DNA from: an uncultured Alphaproteobacteria bacterium | Lineage (GTDB): Bacteria; Pseudomonadota; Alphaproteobacteria; Rs-D84 | Assembly (NCBI GenBank): GCA_905234185.1 | Contig: CAJOGC010000001.1 | Location: forward strand, 31,765-95,764 | Direction of reading: 5' to 3' | DNA: 64,000 nucleotides | Part shown: in pieces, positions 9,839 through 18,689 of the stretch | Layout of the letters: every line of letters starts with the position of its first letter | How positions within the stretch are numbered: the first letter of the stretch is position 1 | Notes under the pieces: generated by a model | The model's database searches: none | What the model was told of the DNA's origin: nothing | Seen by the model: the letters and a program-made list of their open reading frames with translations, nothing else | Made by a program: the position numbers and the translations under genes

Positions 9839-10639
9839 TTAATTCGTTGCGTGCCAGACATTTGTTCCATCACCGATATTAAGTTTCCCGGCACCGGTCG
9901 CAACACCTATATAACAAACGGTCCCACTGTCAAACATTATATTGATTGACGGACTCGTAATCCTGTCACGATACAGATTGAAACTTAACCCGTTTCCAAC
10001 ATTTAATCGCGTCGGACCGGCCGTACATAGTGGCAAACATTCGTTTCCGTGTAAACCGTATCCGTCATCACATGCCCACGGGCAATCATTCGCATCAACA
10101 ATTGTACCGTCCACACTATCTGGGGTGCCGGGACCACTGTAATGTGAATTGGCGGGATGCGGATTCGTGCATGGTTTAACGGTGGCATACCAATCTTCCC
10201 ATGAAGTACCTCTATAACCAGATAAATAATATCCATCTCCTGCTACATACCACAGCTTATTATTGTTTTGCCAATAGTCATTACCGTCATAATAACCTTC
10301 TATTAAAAAGATACTGCCATAATTATCGGAAAAATACATTCTGCCAACACAATCATGCACGAATCTAGCTGGCTCTCTTGCGGCAGTTGCCTCGCCAACC
10401 CTTTGACCACTTAGAGGGCTAAACCCAACCAAATAATGATATCCGGAAATCACATCATAATCGGTATCAGTTGTTGGACATGGGTATCTTGTGTCGTCCC
10501 CGGGGCAATAATACGGTGTTCTATAGGGATTGCACACGACACATTGTCCGTTGTCCACATAATACCCGGCACTGCATGTTGCGGCATGGACCGAAATCGG
10601 CATAAGTAATACAAACAAAATTATTGCGATTGATCGCAA
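9839..10639 (-). CDS. secreted cysteine-rich, Gly/Tyr/Asp-rich protein of unknown function
   Basis: 266 aa. The start is TTG at 10637-10639, with a G-rich Shine-Dalgarno 5-9 nt upstream. It has a classic signal peptide (RSIAIILFVLLMPISVHA|A). There are about 14 Cys and many CxxC-spaced pairs. No homolog was recognised. Confidence 0.5.
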   Translation of the reverse strand: MRSIAIILFVLLMPISVHAATCSAGYYVDNGQCVVCNPYRTPYYCPGDDTRYPCPTTDTDYDVISGYHYLVGFSPLSGQRVGEATAAREPARFVHDCVGRMYFSDNYGSIFLIEGYYDGNDYWQNNNKLWYVAGDGYYLSGYRGTSWEDWYATVKPCTNPHPANSHYSGPGTPDSVDGTIVDANDCPWACDDGYGLHGNECLPLCTAGPTRLNVGNGLSFNLYRDRITSPSINIMFDSGTVCYIGVATGAGKLNIGDGTNVWHATN

Positions 10640-11067
10640 ATGTTCCCCCCGTTTTGTTCTCTGAAATCCGATTCCAGATACCTGTATTCCCCTTCACCCC
10701 GTAAATGGGTGGGCGCGCCAACGGACGGGCTTGTTGCCCCCCCGTCAGGGAAAAATTTAAAACCGTCAACGGAAATTGACGGTCGGGGAGTGGTAAAGAC
10801 CAAAAAGCAAGTCTGTTCCCCGACCATAAAAGTCAGGGATGATAACGATGCAAAAAGCACCGAAAACATCAGATTACGATGCTTCTGCACCGGCTTTTGA
10901 AGGCTTACCACAGCCCGAACCCAATTCCCATTGGATTCAATTCGAATTATAACATATAAAAGCAAAAAGAAAATATATTTTATGTATAAAAAATCTCAAT
11001 TATCACGACCGTGAATGTTATGACGACGGACGAAGCCCTCGGCACCGATTGCCGATATGGACAAAAA
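10640..11067. other. GC-rich, hairpin-dense non-coding region (leader of the Cys-rich gene, or a structured RNA)
   Basis: About 430 bp with no convincing ORF. It contains several consecutive perfect stem-loops (caccccgtaaatgggtg; accgtcaa-cggaaa-ttgacggt; ggtcgggga…tccccgacc). GC content is visibly higher than the flanking sequence. Confidence 0.3.
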
Positions 11068-11790
11068 TCAGAATAAAATATTTATTTTTGCGCCGACACG
11101 CGCTTCTTCGTCTTCAAACTCGTAATCAAAATGACCGATGTATTGTGTCCGGCCAAACTGGGCCACCATTTTAAGATTTAACCATTCCTGATTATAATCT
11201 GGATTCGTTGACTTACGGAAAGTAAAACCAAATCCCGCACGCCAATTTTCATCCAGTCTGAAATAAGATTCCGGTATAAAATCAATATATGACATTCCGC
11301 GCGTTTCATCAAAAATCCATGTTGATTTTATTGTGCCCGCCAACGAAACACCCGCCCATTGACGGCCAAATCGCAATCCGGCATAGTATGACGAATCGGC
11401 AAACCATGGTGTCCGCACACGTGACGACCCCGCAAATTTGAACCCGAATAACACATCCGAAATTAAACGCGCATCATTATCAATCGCCCGCGCCATACGA
11501 TACAATGCGCCGATATCGATACTGGAAAAGCCATCTTCGGGGCCAACAAAATCAACCTGATAATGAACCCGCCCAGATACAGACAGTCTGTCGTTTAATC
11601 CATATGACATTTTTTGGCCCAAACGAAACACATCGCGTCCATATGACACATCCGTTTCAGATAATATTGCATCATCACGCAACACAAATAACGGATCAGA
11701 TGTATCTGTTTCCAAATCATATTCCGCATGCGATACAATTGGCGCAAGCAAAAATAAGACTACCGAAAAAATACCAAAAAAACGTTTCAT
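11068..11790 (-). CDS. outer-membrane beta-barrel protein (porin/OmpA-like barrel), unknown function
   Basis: Signal peptide (MKRFFGIFSVVLFLLAPIVSHA), alternating amphipathic strands, C-terminal …KINILF with a terminal Phe. The start is taken at the internal Met of the ORF 11068..11823. Confidence 0.55.
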   Translation of the reverse strand: MKRFFGIFSVVLFLLAPIVSHAEYDLETDTSDPLFVLRDDAILSETDVSYGRDVFRLGQKMSYGLNDRLSVSGRVHYQVDFVGPEDGFSSIDIGALYRMARAIDNDARLISDVLFGFKFAGSSRVRTPWFADSSYYAGLRFGRQWAGVSLAGTIKSTWIFDETRGMSYIDFIPESYFRLDENWRAGFGFTFRKSTNPDYNQEWLNLKMVAQFGRTQYIGHFDYEFEDEEARVGAKINILF

Positions 11791-11851
11791 ATGAACCACC
11801 GTTTGATACGAACAACCGAACATATGTCCGGTTGTTCACATCGTTTTTATA

Positions 11852-13099
11852 CTAGAATTGGAATATAGCCTGTAATCCAACGCTTGTTTCGTTATATTTA
11901 CTGATTTTTGCATCACCGGCCCGAATCCAATCATTCATATATGTGCCAGGTTCAGATGTCTTTTCCGCACCCCACCACCAGAAACCAAGTTTCTTGTCTT
12001 CTGCACTGTCATACAACGATGTTTTCGCGTAAAGGTTAAGCGCGAACCAATCATTCGGTTGCCATCCAATTGCCCCCTTGATAGAGAACTGATTGTTCCA
12101 ATCATAGTGGCCAAAGATACCTTCGACATTCAATGTCCAATCTTCGTCCAAAACGCTGAACACGCCAAGACCACCTTCGACATAGAACGCATGTTTTGCA
12201 TCATCGTCATAGGCGATAAACACGCCCTCTTCGTGACCATCTACATTTATACCCGTAATACCATTACCATATGCAGTACCATCAAAGTCGACATACCACC
12301 CGCGCGCAAGACCATATATAGTTGAACGGGAAACTTTATAACCAGCCTTTAGGTCTAAAATAAAGTTATTAGAAATATCTTTTTGATGCTGGAAATATCC
12401 GGACAATGTTGCAATCCAATCCGCGTTATCAACAAACCGCCATTGGGCGCCCAATCCGAACATATTCAATCCGTCATCGTCCATTTTATCATCTGGCGCG
12501 GTCGACCAATCGAATTTATATTTATTCACCTCATAACGCAACATACCCAACACCGCGATACGATCTGTGATACCAAAACTAAAATCTTCTTTTATCGCGA
12601 ATTGTTTCATGTCCCACTTAGACTTATTATCACTAAGGTCGAACACATACTGAGATGTATCAACGGTTGTGAAATCAATATTATATGAACCCATATTATA
12701 CGAGAAATCCGTAATAGATCCGAATTTACCCTTTAACGGTTGAAAGAATGGATGGGCTAAATAATATTTGCGTTTAAGTTCGGTCCGAACCGTTTCGGAA
12801 CGATTCGTGCGCACCGTTTGGGACGATGTCGAATTGCCAGACGAATACTGTTTATACAATGCGTTGCGGTTAGCCGGCTGAGTATAATACATGTTTTTGC
12901 CGTCTTTGACCTCATATGTTTTAGTAGTTGTTCGTGTTTGATATTTCGTGTAATCAACATTTTCGCGTGTACGTGTCGCCGGCCCGTTTGTTAAATCAGC
13001 ACTGGACCCCGCGCGTGTTCCCCAATTTGTTTCGGCATACCCCGGCAATGCAACCGCCAGCGCAGCCACAACACCCAATAAAGACAACTGTTTTTTCAT
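11852..13099 (-). CDS. outer-membrane beta-barrel protein, unknown function
   Basis: 415 aa with signal peptide (MKKQLSLLGVVAALAVALPGYA), Y/W/G-rich strands and C-terminal …LQAIFQF. Confidence 0.55.
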   Translation of the reverse strand: MKKQLSLLGVVAALAVALPGYAETNWGTRAGSSADLTNGPATRTRENVDYTKYQTRTTTKTYEVKDGKNMYYTQPANRNALYKQYSSGNSTSSQTVRTNRSETVRTELKRKYYLAHPFFQPLKGKFGSITDFSYNMGSYNIDFTTVDTSQYVFDLSDNKSKWDMKQFAIKEDFSFGITDRIAVLGMLRYEVNKYKFDWSTAPDDKMDDDGLNMFGLGAQWRFVDNADWIATLSGYFQHQKDISNNFILDLKAGYKVSRSTIYGLARGWYVDFDGTAYGNGITGINVDGHEEGVFIAYDDDAKHAFYVEGGLGVFSVLDEDWTLNVEGIFGHYDWNNQFSIKGAIGWQPNDWFALNLYAKTSLYDSAEDKKLGFWWWGAEKTSEPGTYMNDWIRAGDAKISKYNETSVGLQAIFQF

Positions 13100-13158
13100 A
13101 ATATATTACTCCTTTTGATGAAAATTATATCATAAAACCAGTCATAAAAAAAGCAGAA

Positions 13159-13257
13159 TTAGTGGCTAGTAATTAGTGTTAGTGGTTAGTGCTGGAGGAT
13201 AGGAAAAGCATCAATAACCCCATATTGACTAACCACTACTCACTGACACTAACCACT
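13159..13257. repeat. intergenic inverted repeat (ttagtggctagtaattagtgttagtggttagtg … cactaaccactc)
   Basis: A roughly 30-bp arm and its reverse complement are separated by about 35 bp. The 12-mer ttagtggctagt recurs at 48034-48045, inside the GIY-YIG element. Confidence 0.4.
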
Positions 13258-15486
13258 CTATAAAATATGCCGTTTATTATTAGCATCGGCGGCACTGACA
13301 ACACCATCCTGTTCCATGCGTTCCATTAAACCCGCGGCCTTGTTATACCCTATTCCCAACCGACGTTGCAGATATGAAATAGTCGCTTTTTTATCGCGCC
13401 GAACAATCTCAACCGCCTGGGCATACAAATCGTCCTTTTTGCCGCCACCGGATGTCCCGCCCATTCCGGCATCAACACCGATTCCACCATCATCGCCACC
13501 GCCATCTACAACGGCAACATCATATTCAGGCTCTCCCTGGGACCGCAGAAAGTCACCAATTTGTTCTAATTCGGGGTTATCAATAAACGCCGCATGTACA
13601 CGAACTGGGGCTTTGCCACCTTCGCTGAACAACATATCACCGCGCCCAAGCAATTGTTCCGCCCCCGTAGTCCCCAGTGTCGTCATAGAATCGATACGAC
13701 TGCTGGCCTGGAAAGATAAACGGGTCGGAAAATTAGCCTTGATAACACCGGTAATTGTTGTTGCATCGGGACGCTGGGTCGCCATCACCAGGTGAATGCC
13801 GGCCGCACGTGCTTTCTGGGCAATGCGTTGGACGCACGCCTCGACATCTTTGCGCGCAACCCCCATAAGGTCTGCGACCTCATCAATAATAATGACAATA
13901 TATGGCATGTCCGACAAATCTACTTCTTGGGTTTCGAACAACAATTCACCCGTTTCTGGATCTGTTCCTATTGGAACCTGGCGCGTTAATGTTTCACCAG
14001 CATCGCGTTTTTTTGCCGCATTTGCATTATATTGTTCTATATTCTGGGCATTAAGCAATTGCAACTGCTTATACCGATCGTCCATTTCGCGCACCGCCCA
14101 TTTAAGTGCGTTAACCGCCGCCCCAGGATCCAATTTGACAATCGGCGTAATCAGATGCGGAATATCATCCCAGAATCCGAAATCGACCCCCTTTGGATCA
14201 ATGATAATCAACTTACACTTATCGGGCGTAAAGTGATAAACAATGGATGTTATAATCGACTGAATAAACACAGACTTACCAGATCCCGTACGCCCCGCGA
14301 CCAGCATATGTGGCATCTTTGCCAAATCAAAATACATGGGTTCACCACCAATATTCACCCCCAACCCCAATGGAATCTTGTATTTAGAATTAACAAACAA
14401 GTCGCTTTCCATTAAATCGCGAAATCGCACCGTGTGCGGTTTGACATTAGCCACTTCGACACCGATATAATTAGAACACGGCAATGGTGCAATACGAATG
14501 CTGGCGGTTGCCATGGCGCGTGTCATATCTTTGACAGTATCAGAAATTTTGGAAATGCGCATACCTGCATCTGGTAAAAATTCATACAGTGTGACAATCG
14601 GTCCGGGCTTAATATTTTCAACCTTGCCATACACACCATATTCGGCGAAATGCGTTTCCAACATCGATGCCTGACGCTTTAATTCCGGGGTGACAACATT
14701 TTTACCAAAATTAGATGCCTCTAATAACATCGGATCGGGTAATTCGTATTCGTCGGCCCCATGCTTAACCGGCGTGCGTTTTTTCGCAGCGCGCGGTTTG
14801 CGTTTTGGCGCATCTACTTCTTCTGGGGCAGTTTCTGCGACCTCTTCTGCTTCTTCCTCTTCGACTTCTTCTGCATCCGCTTCGGCGGGTGGTACTAAAT
14901 GGAACGCCGACAACACCCAACGAATGGCACGCCAACAAGACATTAATATCGACATAACATGCGACCACTTTATATGCAATAGCGTCCCACCAATAAGTAC
15001 GAAAATTCCCAAACAAACAAATCCAACGATTACACCCCAATTACCAATTAATGCGGTAACATCTGTTGCCACAATTGCACCAAACAAACCGCCATAGGTC
15101 GCATTTGGTGCAATTAAACCGAATGCCATCGCCGCAACACACACCGCGATAAATCCGCGCAAAATATTATACTCTGGCGCATATTCTGGTTCCCAATTCA
15201 TCGCCATTGATACCCCCCATCGCATTATTCCCAGAATCAAAAACGCCGTTGGAATCCATCCAATTAAATATCGTATAAAACCAACAACATTACCAACCAC
15301 GGATTGGTTTCCAAACGAACTTGCGCACGCAAATCCGTCTAAATAAGGCCGATGAAAAAACAATGCCCCCAGCAACAGCACCCCACACACCAATATTGCA
15401 CCACCACACATGCGCATCATCAATGTTTTCAATGCACCGGAAACACTGTCTGGTAAAAACTTAGATTGTGATTTCATATGATGCAT
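13258..15486 (-). CDS. ftsK: DNA translocase FtsK
   Basis: 742 aa with N-terminal TM helices, an acidic/Pro-rich linker, a FtsK/SpoIIIE ATPase (GRTGSGKSV Walker A) and a C-terminal gamma domain. Confidence 0.85.
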   Translation of the reverse strand: MHHMKSQSKFLPDSVSGALKTLMMRMCGGAILVCGVLLLGALFFHRPYLDGFACASSFGNQSVVGNVVGFIRYLIGWIPTAFLILGIMRWGVSMAMNWEPEYAPEYNILRGFIAVCVAAMAFGLIAPNATYGGLFGAIVATDVTALIGNWGVIVGFVCLGIFVLIGGTLLHIKWSHVMSILMSCWRAIRWVLSAFHLVPPAEADAEEVEEEEAEEVAETAPEEVDAPKRKPRAAKKRTPVKHGADEYELPDPMLLEASNFGKNVVTPELKRQASMLETHFAEYGVYGKVENIKPGPIVTLYEFLPDAGMRISKISDTVKDMTRAMATASIRIAPLPCSNYIGVEVANVKPHTVRFRDLMESDLFVNSKYKIPLGLGVNIGGEPMYFDLAKMPHMLVAGRTGSGKSVFIQSIITSIVYHFTPDKCKLIIIDPKGVDFGFWDDIPHLITPIVKLDPGAAVNALKWAVREMDDRYKQLQLLNAQNIEQYNANAAKKRDAGETLTRQVPIGTDPETGELLFETQEVDLSDMPYIVIIIDEVADLMGVARKDVEACVQRIAQKARAAGIHLVMATQRPDATTITGVIKANFPTRLSFQASSRIDSMTTLGTTGAEQLLGRGDMLFSEGGKAPVRVHAAFIDNPELEQIGDFLRSQGEPEYDVAVVDGGGDDGGIGVDAGMGGTSGGGKKDDLYAQAVEIVRRDKKATISYLQRRLGIGYNKAAGLMERMEQDGVVSAADANNKRHIL

Positions 15487-15520
15487 TTTATCATAAAAAT
15501 ATCAAAAGTGTTAGCGCGAT

Positions 15521-15552
15521 ATAAAAAAAAATAAAACCGCCAATTTGGCGGT
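15521..15552 (-). terminator. rho-independent terminator downstream of the PAP2 gene
   Basis: The minus strand reads accgccaaattggcggt followed by tttatttttttt. Confidence 0.6.
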
Positions 15553-15556
15553 CATA

Positions 15557-16261
15557 TTATTTCCGTTTGAATGCAAGGTATTTAACAACATCGGCGGCGA
15601 CCATACCAATAAATGCGCCCAGTATAACATCCGTTGGCCAATGCGCACCAACCGCGACACGCGACAAGCCAACTATTATCGCCAATGTCCATGTTATCGG
15701 CTTTATTTTCGGTGCCAACATCCCAGCCATAACCAACCCTGCGAATGTTGCGGTTGTGTGTCCAGATGGCATCGAGTTAAACGCCCACTCCATCGAGAAC
15801 GGGCGAAACCCAGTTATGCCCAGTGCCTCGAAAAATATTGGGCGAAAGCGTCCGATACAAACCTTAATAATTTCCGCAACAATACTTGCCGACAACACAG
15901 ATGAAAAAATAAGAAACGCATAATTCGTGCGAACCTTGTTCATAAAATCTTTCACTAACACAGAAAGGCTAAACCGGCTTTTCGTATTTTTATATTTTAT
16001 GCCTGATTCCAGTGATTTTTTTACAAAAACAACTATTAATAAAACGGCCGTTAAAACAAGCCACACCTTGACATCAAAAATATAGTCAAACACATGCCAA
16101 GCAGAACAATCAAAACCGCTTAACAAAACATACAGCGGTTTATCCAACCACGCGATACCCAACGCGACGATAATCGCGGTAATAAATGCGCCCCACACTA
16201 ACCATTTAGTTTTCAATTTATTATTTTCTGTTAAAAACATTTTAAAATCCCTATTCTGCAA
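15557..16261 (-). CDS. PAP2-family phosphatase (PgpB-like)
   Basis: Carries the KxxxxxxRP (KVCIGRFRP), PSGH (PSGHTT) and SRxxxxxHxxxD (SRVAVGAHWPTD) motifs. It is polytopic. Confidence 0.7.
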   Translation of the reverse strand: MQNRDFKMFLTENNKLKTKWLVWGAFITAIIVALGIAWLDKPLYVLLSGFDCSAWHVFDYIFDVKVWLVLTAVLLIVVFVKKSLESGIKYKNTKSRFSLSVLVKDFMNKVRTNYAFLIFSSVLSASIVAEIIKVCIGRFRPIFFEALGITGFRPFSMEWAFNSMPSGHTTATFAGLVMAGMLAPKIKPITWTLAIIVGLSRVAVGAHWPTDVILGAFIGMVAADVVKYLAFKRK

Positions 16262-17768
16262 TTAAACGATTATAAACCTTTTTATCGGTCAAAATTTTAA
16301 CGGCGACGCCCACAGAAAGCGCATCTTCATCGGCACCACTGGTGATTGTCGGGCATCCACGACGAATATCCGATACATCGACTTCTGGCATTTTATTGAA
16401 ATCTGTTGCATTAAAGTAATTATTTATAACATTAAGGAAAAATGCATTTTGTTGTTGCGCGGAACGTATATTGGATAAGCATACAATCGGGAACATACCA
16501 CGACCATCTATTTCACGACCCGATCCCGTCTTTAACGATTTGTTCATCAATTCCAAAGCACCACCGTTTTCCAAATCAATATGCGTCGCGATTCGTGCCA
16601 ATCCTGCTGTTGGCGTTCCGACCAACACCCCGCGCATATTTTCATAAAACGCCGCGACAATTGCTTCGGCGGTCCCCCGCGTCATATTAGACATCAAAAC
16701 AACAACTGGTGCATCTGTCACCGCGTCTGATCCTGGTACAACCTCGACCTCTTCGGTCGCTGTTTGTGCGATTCGCATAATTGGTTCTTGGCCGATAAAA
16801 AGCCCCGCCAATTTTGCCGCCGCCCGTTCATCATCACCGGTTGACGCACGCAAATCCAAAATTATACCCTCTAAATCCGGATGTTTGGCCAGTGCCTCAT
16901 TCACAATAGACACCGCCCCATCGGATACATTATGAATAACAATCTCCAGTATACCGCCATTATCATCCGTTGCACGATGCACGACATCCGCATCCGCCAA
17001 AACAATTGTTGCACGACGCAAAACAACATCACGATTACCGGACGGCGTTATCAATTTTATTTTTGATGTTCCGGAATTAAACCCATCTATCACCGCTTCC
17101 ATTTCTGCATCAGACATTTCCGCAACACGCGTCCCATTTATTTCAGCAATTAAATCACCAGCATGCACCCCAGCGGCATCGGCAGGCGACCCCTTGAACA
17201 CACCATGGACACGAAAATTACCGCGCGCGTCACGCGCCCCATTAAGCCCCACACTGGTAAGTATCCGACCGTCTTCAGCAACTTCGGCTTTACGAGAAAA
17301 GATATAGCGTCCACGTTCATCAACGCCACGCATCAATGCGTCCACAACCATTTGATATGTTTCACTTTCTGTCGCGGAATGCATCACCGGATCATTTGCA
17401 CGTAATTTCAGAACCAGTGCCGTTGTAATTTCACCAAAACCATTCCAGTCATTCACACTTGGGCGCGGATAATTTGCAATAATCGAATCACCCCACACCA
17501 ACACGACACGTTCATCAGTCGCCGCGATATGCGCGTTTTTGTTCAGGTTTTCCAAACTTTCAATCGCGACATTTATACTTTTACCGCCCCATTTAACCGA
17601 ATCCAACTTTTCATAAATATCGGCAAAAGTATCCGACATATCAAATACATGCAGACCGTCCTGGACCGGTTCATCGGGGAAAAACAGGCCGTCACAAAAC
17701 GCGGGGGATGCACAAAACACAGGCACAAAAACCGCCAATGTTTTAAATAAATTTTTTACATTCATCAT
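16251..17768 (-). CDS. periplasmic PDZ-domain protein, S41/CtpA-like but with a degenerate catalytic dyad
   Basis: Signal peptide plus PDZ domain (GDLIAEINGTRV). The S41 core is alignable (…VVVLMSNMTRGTAEAIVAAF…GVLVGTPTAG), but GSASASE is replaced by MTRGTAE and the TFGKG lysine is absent. Confidence 0.55.
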   Translation of the reverse strand: MMNVKNLFKTLAVFVPVFCASPAFCDGLFFPDEPVQDGLHVFDMSDTFADIYEKLDSVKWGGKSINVAIESLENLNKNAHIAATDERVVLVWGDSIIANYPRPSVNDWNGFGEITTALVLKLRANDPVMHSATESETYQMVVDALMRGVDERGRYIFSRKAEVAEDGRILTSVGLNGARDARGNFRVHGVFKGSPADAAGVHAGDLIAEINGTRVAEMSDAEMEAVIDGFNSGTSKIKLITPSGNRDVVLRRATIVLADADVVHRATDDNGGILEIVIHNVSDGAVSIVNEALAKHPDLEGIILDLRASTGDDERAAAKLAGLFIGQEPIMRIAQTATEEVEVVPGSDAVTDAPVVVLMSNMTRGTAEAIVAAFYENMRGVLVGTPTAGLARIATHIDLENGGALELMNKSLKTGSGREIDGRGMFPIVCLSNIRSAQQQNAFFLNVINNYFNATDFNKMPEVDVSDIRRGCPTITSGADEDALSVGVAVKILTDKKVYNRLIAE

Positions 17769-17794
17769 CGCCGTCCCCCCCTTTATACAACCTA

Positions 17795-18658
17795 TTAATA
17801 TTTTGTTTCACGCAAATTAAAGTGATACAAAATAACATTAGAAATATAGATACTGGTCAATGTTCCCATCACGATAGAAAAAGTCATCGCAATCGAAAAT
17901 TCACGCAACATCTGATTTCCGAAAATATAAATACCAACCAACGCCAATATAGTTGAAACACTGGTTCGCAGCGTACGCGACAACATTTCATTAACCGATA
18001 AATCAATCAAATCGTCCATTGGCATTTTGTGGTACTTTTTAATATTTTCATCAATACGATCATAGTTCACGACCTTATCATTAATAGAATATCCAACACC
18101 CATAAGAATGACCGCAATCGCTGTCTGATTAAATTCCAGACCCATAATAGAAAAGAACCCGAACATCAAAACAAAATCCAGCAACAACGACACAAAGGAT
18201 CCAACCGCATATCCACCGCGATAACGAATCCAGATATACACCGACATCAAAATAAAAGAAACCAAAATCGCCCAGATACCGCCCCGAATCAGTTCGCCAC
18301 CGATTTTTGGTCCAACAATCTGAACCTGGGAATAAGTCACATTATCACCCAAAATGTTTTTGATTTCACGAACACGTTCGTTTTGCATTGCATCCGTCGC
18401 CCCCTTGGGTAAGCCAACACGAATCAAAACCGAACCACCATCAATTTGCTGTAATTCCGGTGAAAACTGTGCCAATTCCGTGCGCATTTTATCAATTGTA
18501 TATTCTGCGGAAACTGGCGTCACTTCCATCGAAATACCACCAGCAAAATCAATGCCATAATTTAGTCCACGGAACAGTAATGATAAAATTGACAAGACAA
18601 TTAATGCCCCAGAAATCCAGTATGATAATTTACGATATTTCATAAAATGCAGTTTCAT
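17795..18658 (-). CDS. secF: protein translocase subunit SecF
   Basis: 287 aa, 6 TM helices, SecF topology. It sits immediately downstream of secD. Confidence 0.85.
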   Translation of the reverse strand: MKLHFMKYRKLSYWISGALIVLSILSLLFRGLNYGIDFAGGISMEVTPVSAEYTIDKMRTELAQFSPELQQIDGGSVLIRVGLPKGATDAMQNERVREIKNILGDNVTYSQVQIVGPKIGGELIRGGIWAILVSFILMSVYIWIRYRGGYAVGSFVSLLLDFVLMFGFFSIMGLEFNQTAIAVILMGVGYSINDKVVNYDRIDENIKKYHKMPMDDLIDLSVNEMLSRTLRTSVSTILALVGIYIFGNQMLREFSIAMTFSIVMGTLTSIYISNVILYHFNLRETKY

Positions 18659-18689
18659 TTTTTTCCCCTTTGCATTTCTTATTTAATTC

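Noticed and set aside
10640-10900. 86-aa plus-strand ORF (and a 114-aa minus ORF) in the GC-rich leader
   Set aside because: The translation is Pro/Gly/Ser-rich and unstructured, and there is no RBS. The region is better explained as non-coding structured sequence.
10640-11067. Possible tmRNA (ssrA) or RNase P RNA
   Set aside because: I looked for the tmRNA 5' GGGGCUGAUUCUGGAUUCGACGGG / tag ORF ending in -AA and the 3' T-arm-CCA, and for the RNase P P4 motifs (GGAAAGUCCGG / ACAGAACCCGGCUUA). Only weak partial resemblances turned up (e.g. tctggaatcggatttc on the minus strand). That is not enough to call.
13316-14236. ORFs of 146-159 aa antisense to ftsK
   Set aside because: They are embedded in the ftsK CDS. 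The Pro/Ser-rich translation reflects the opposite strand of the acidic linker.
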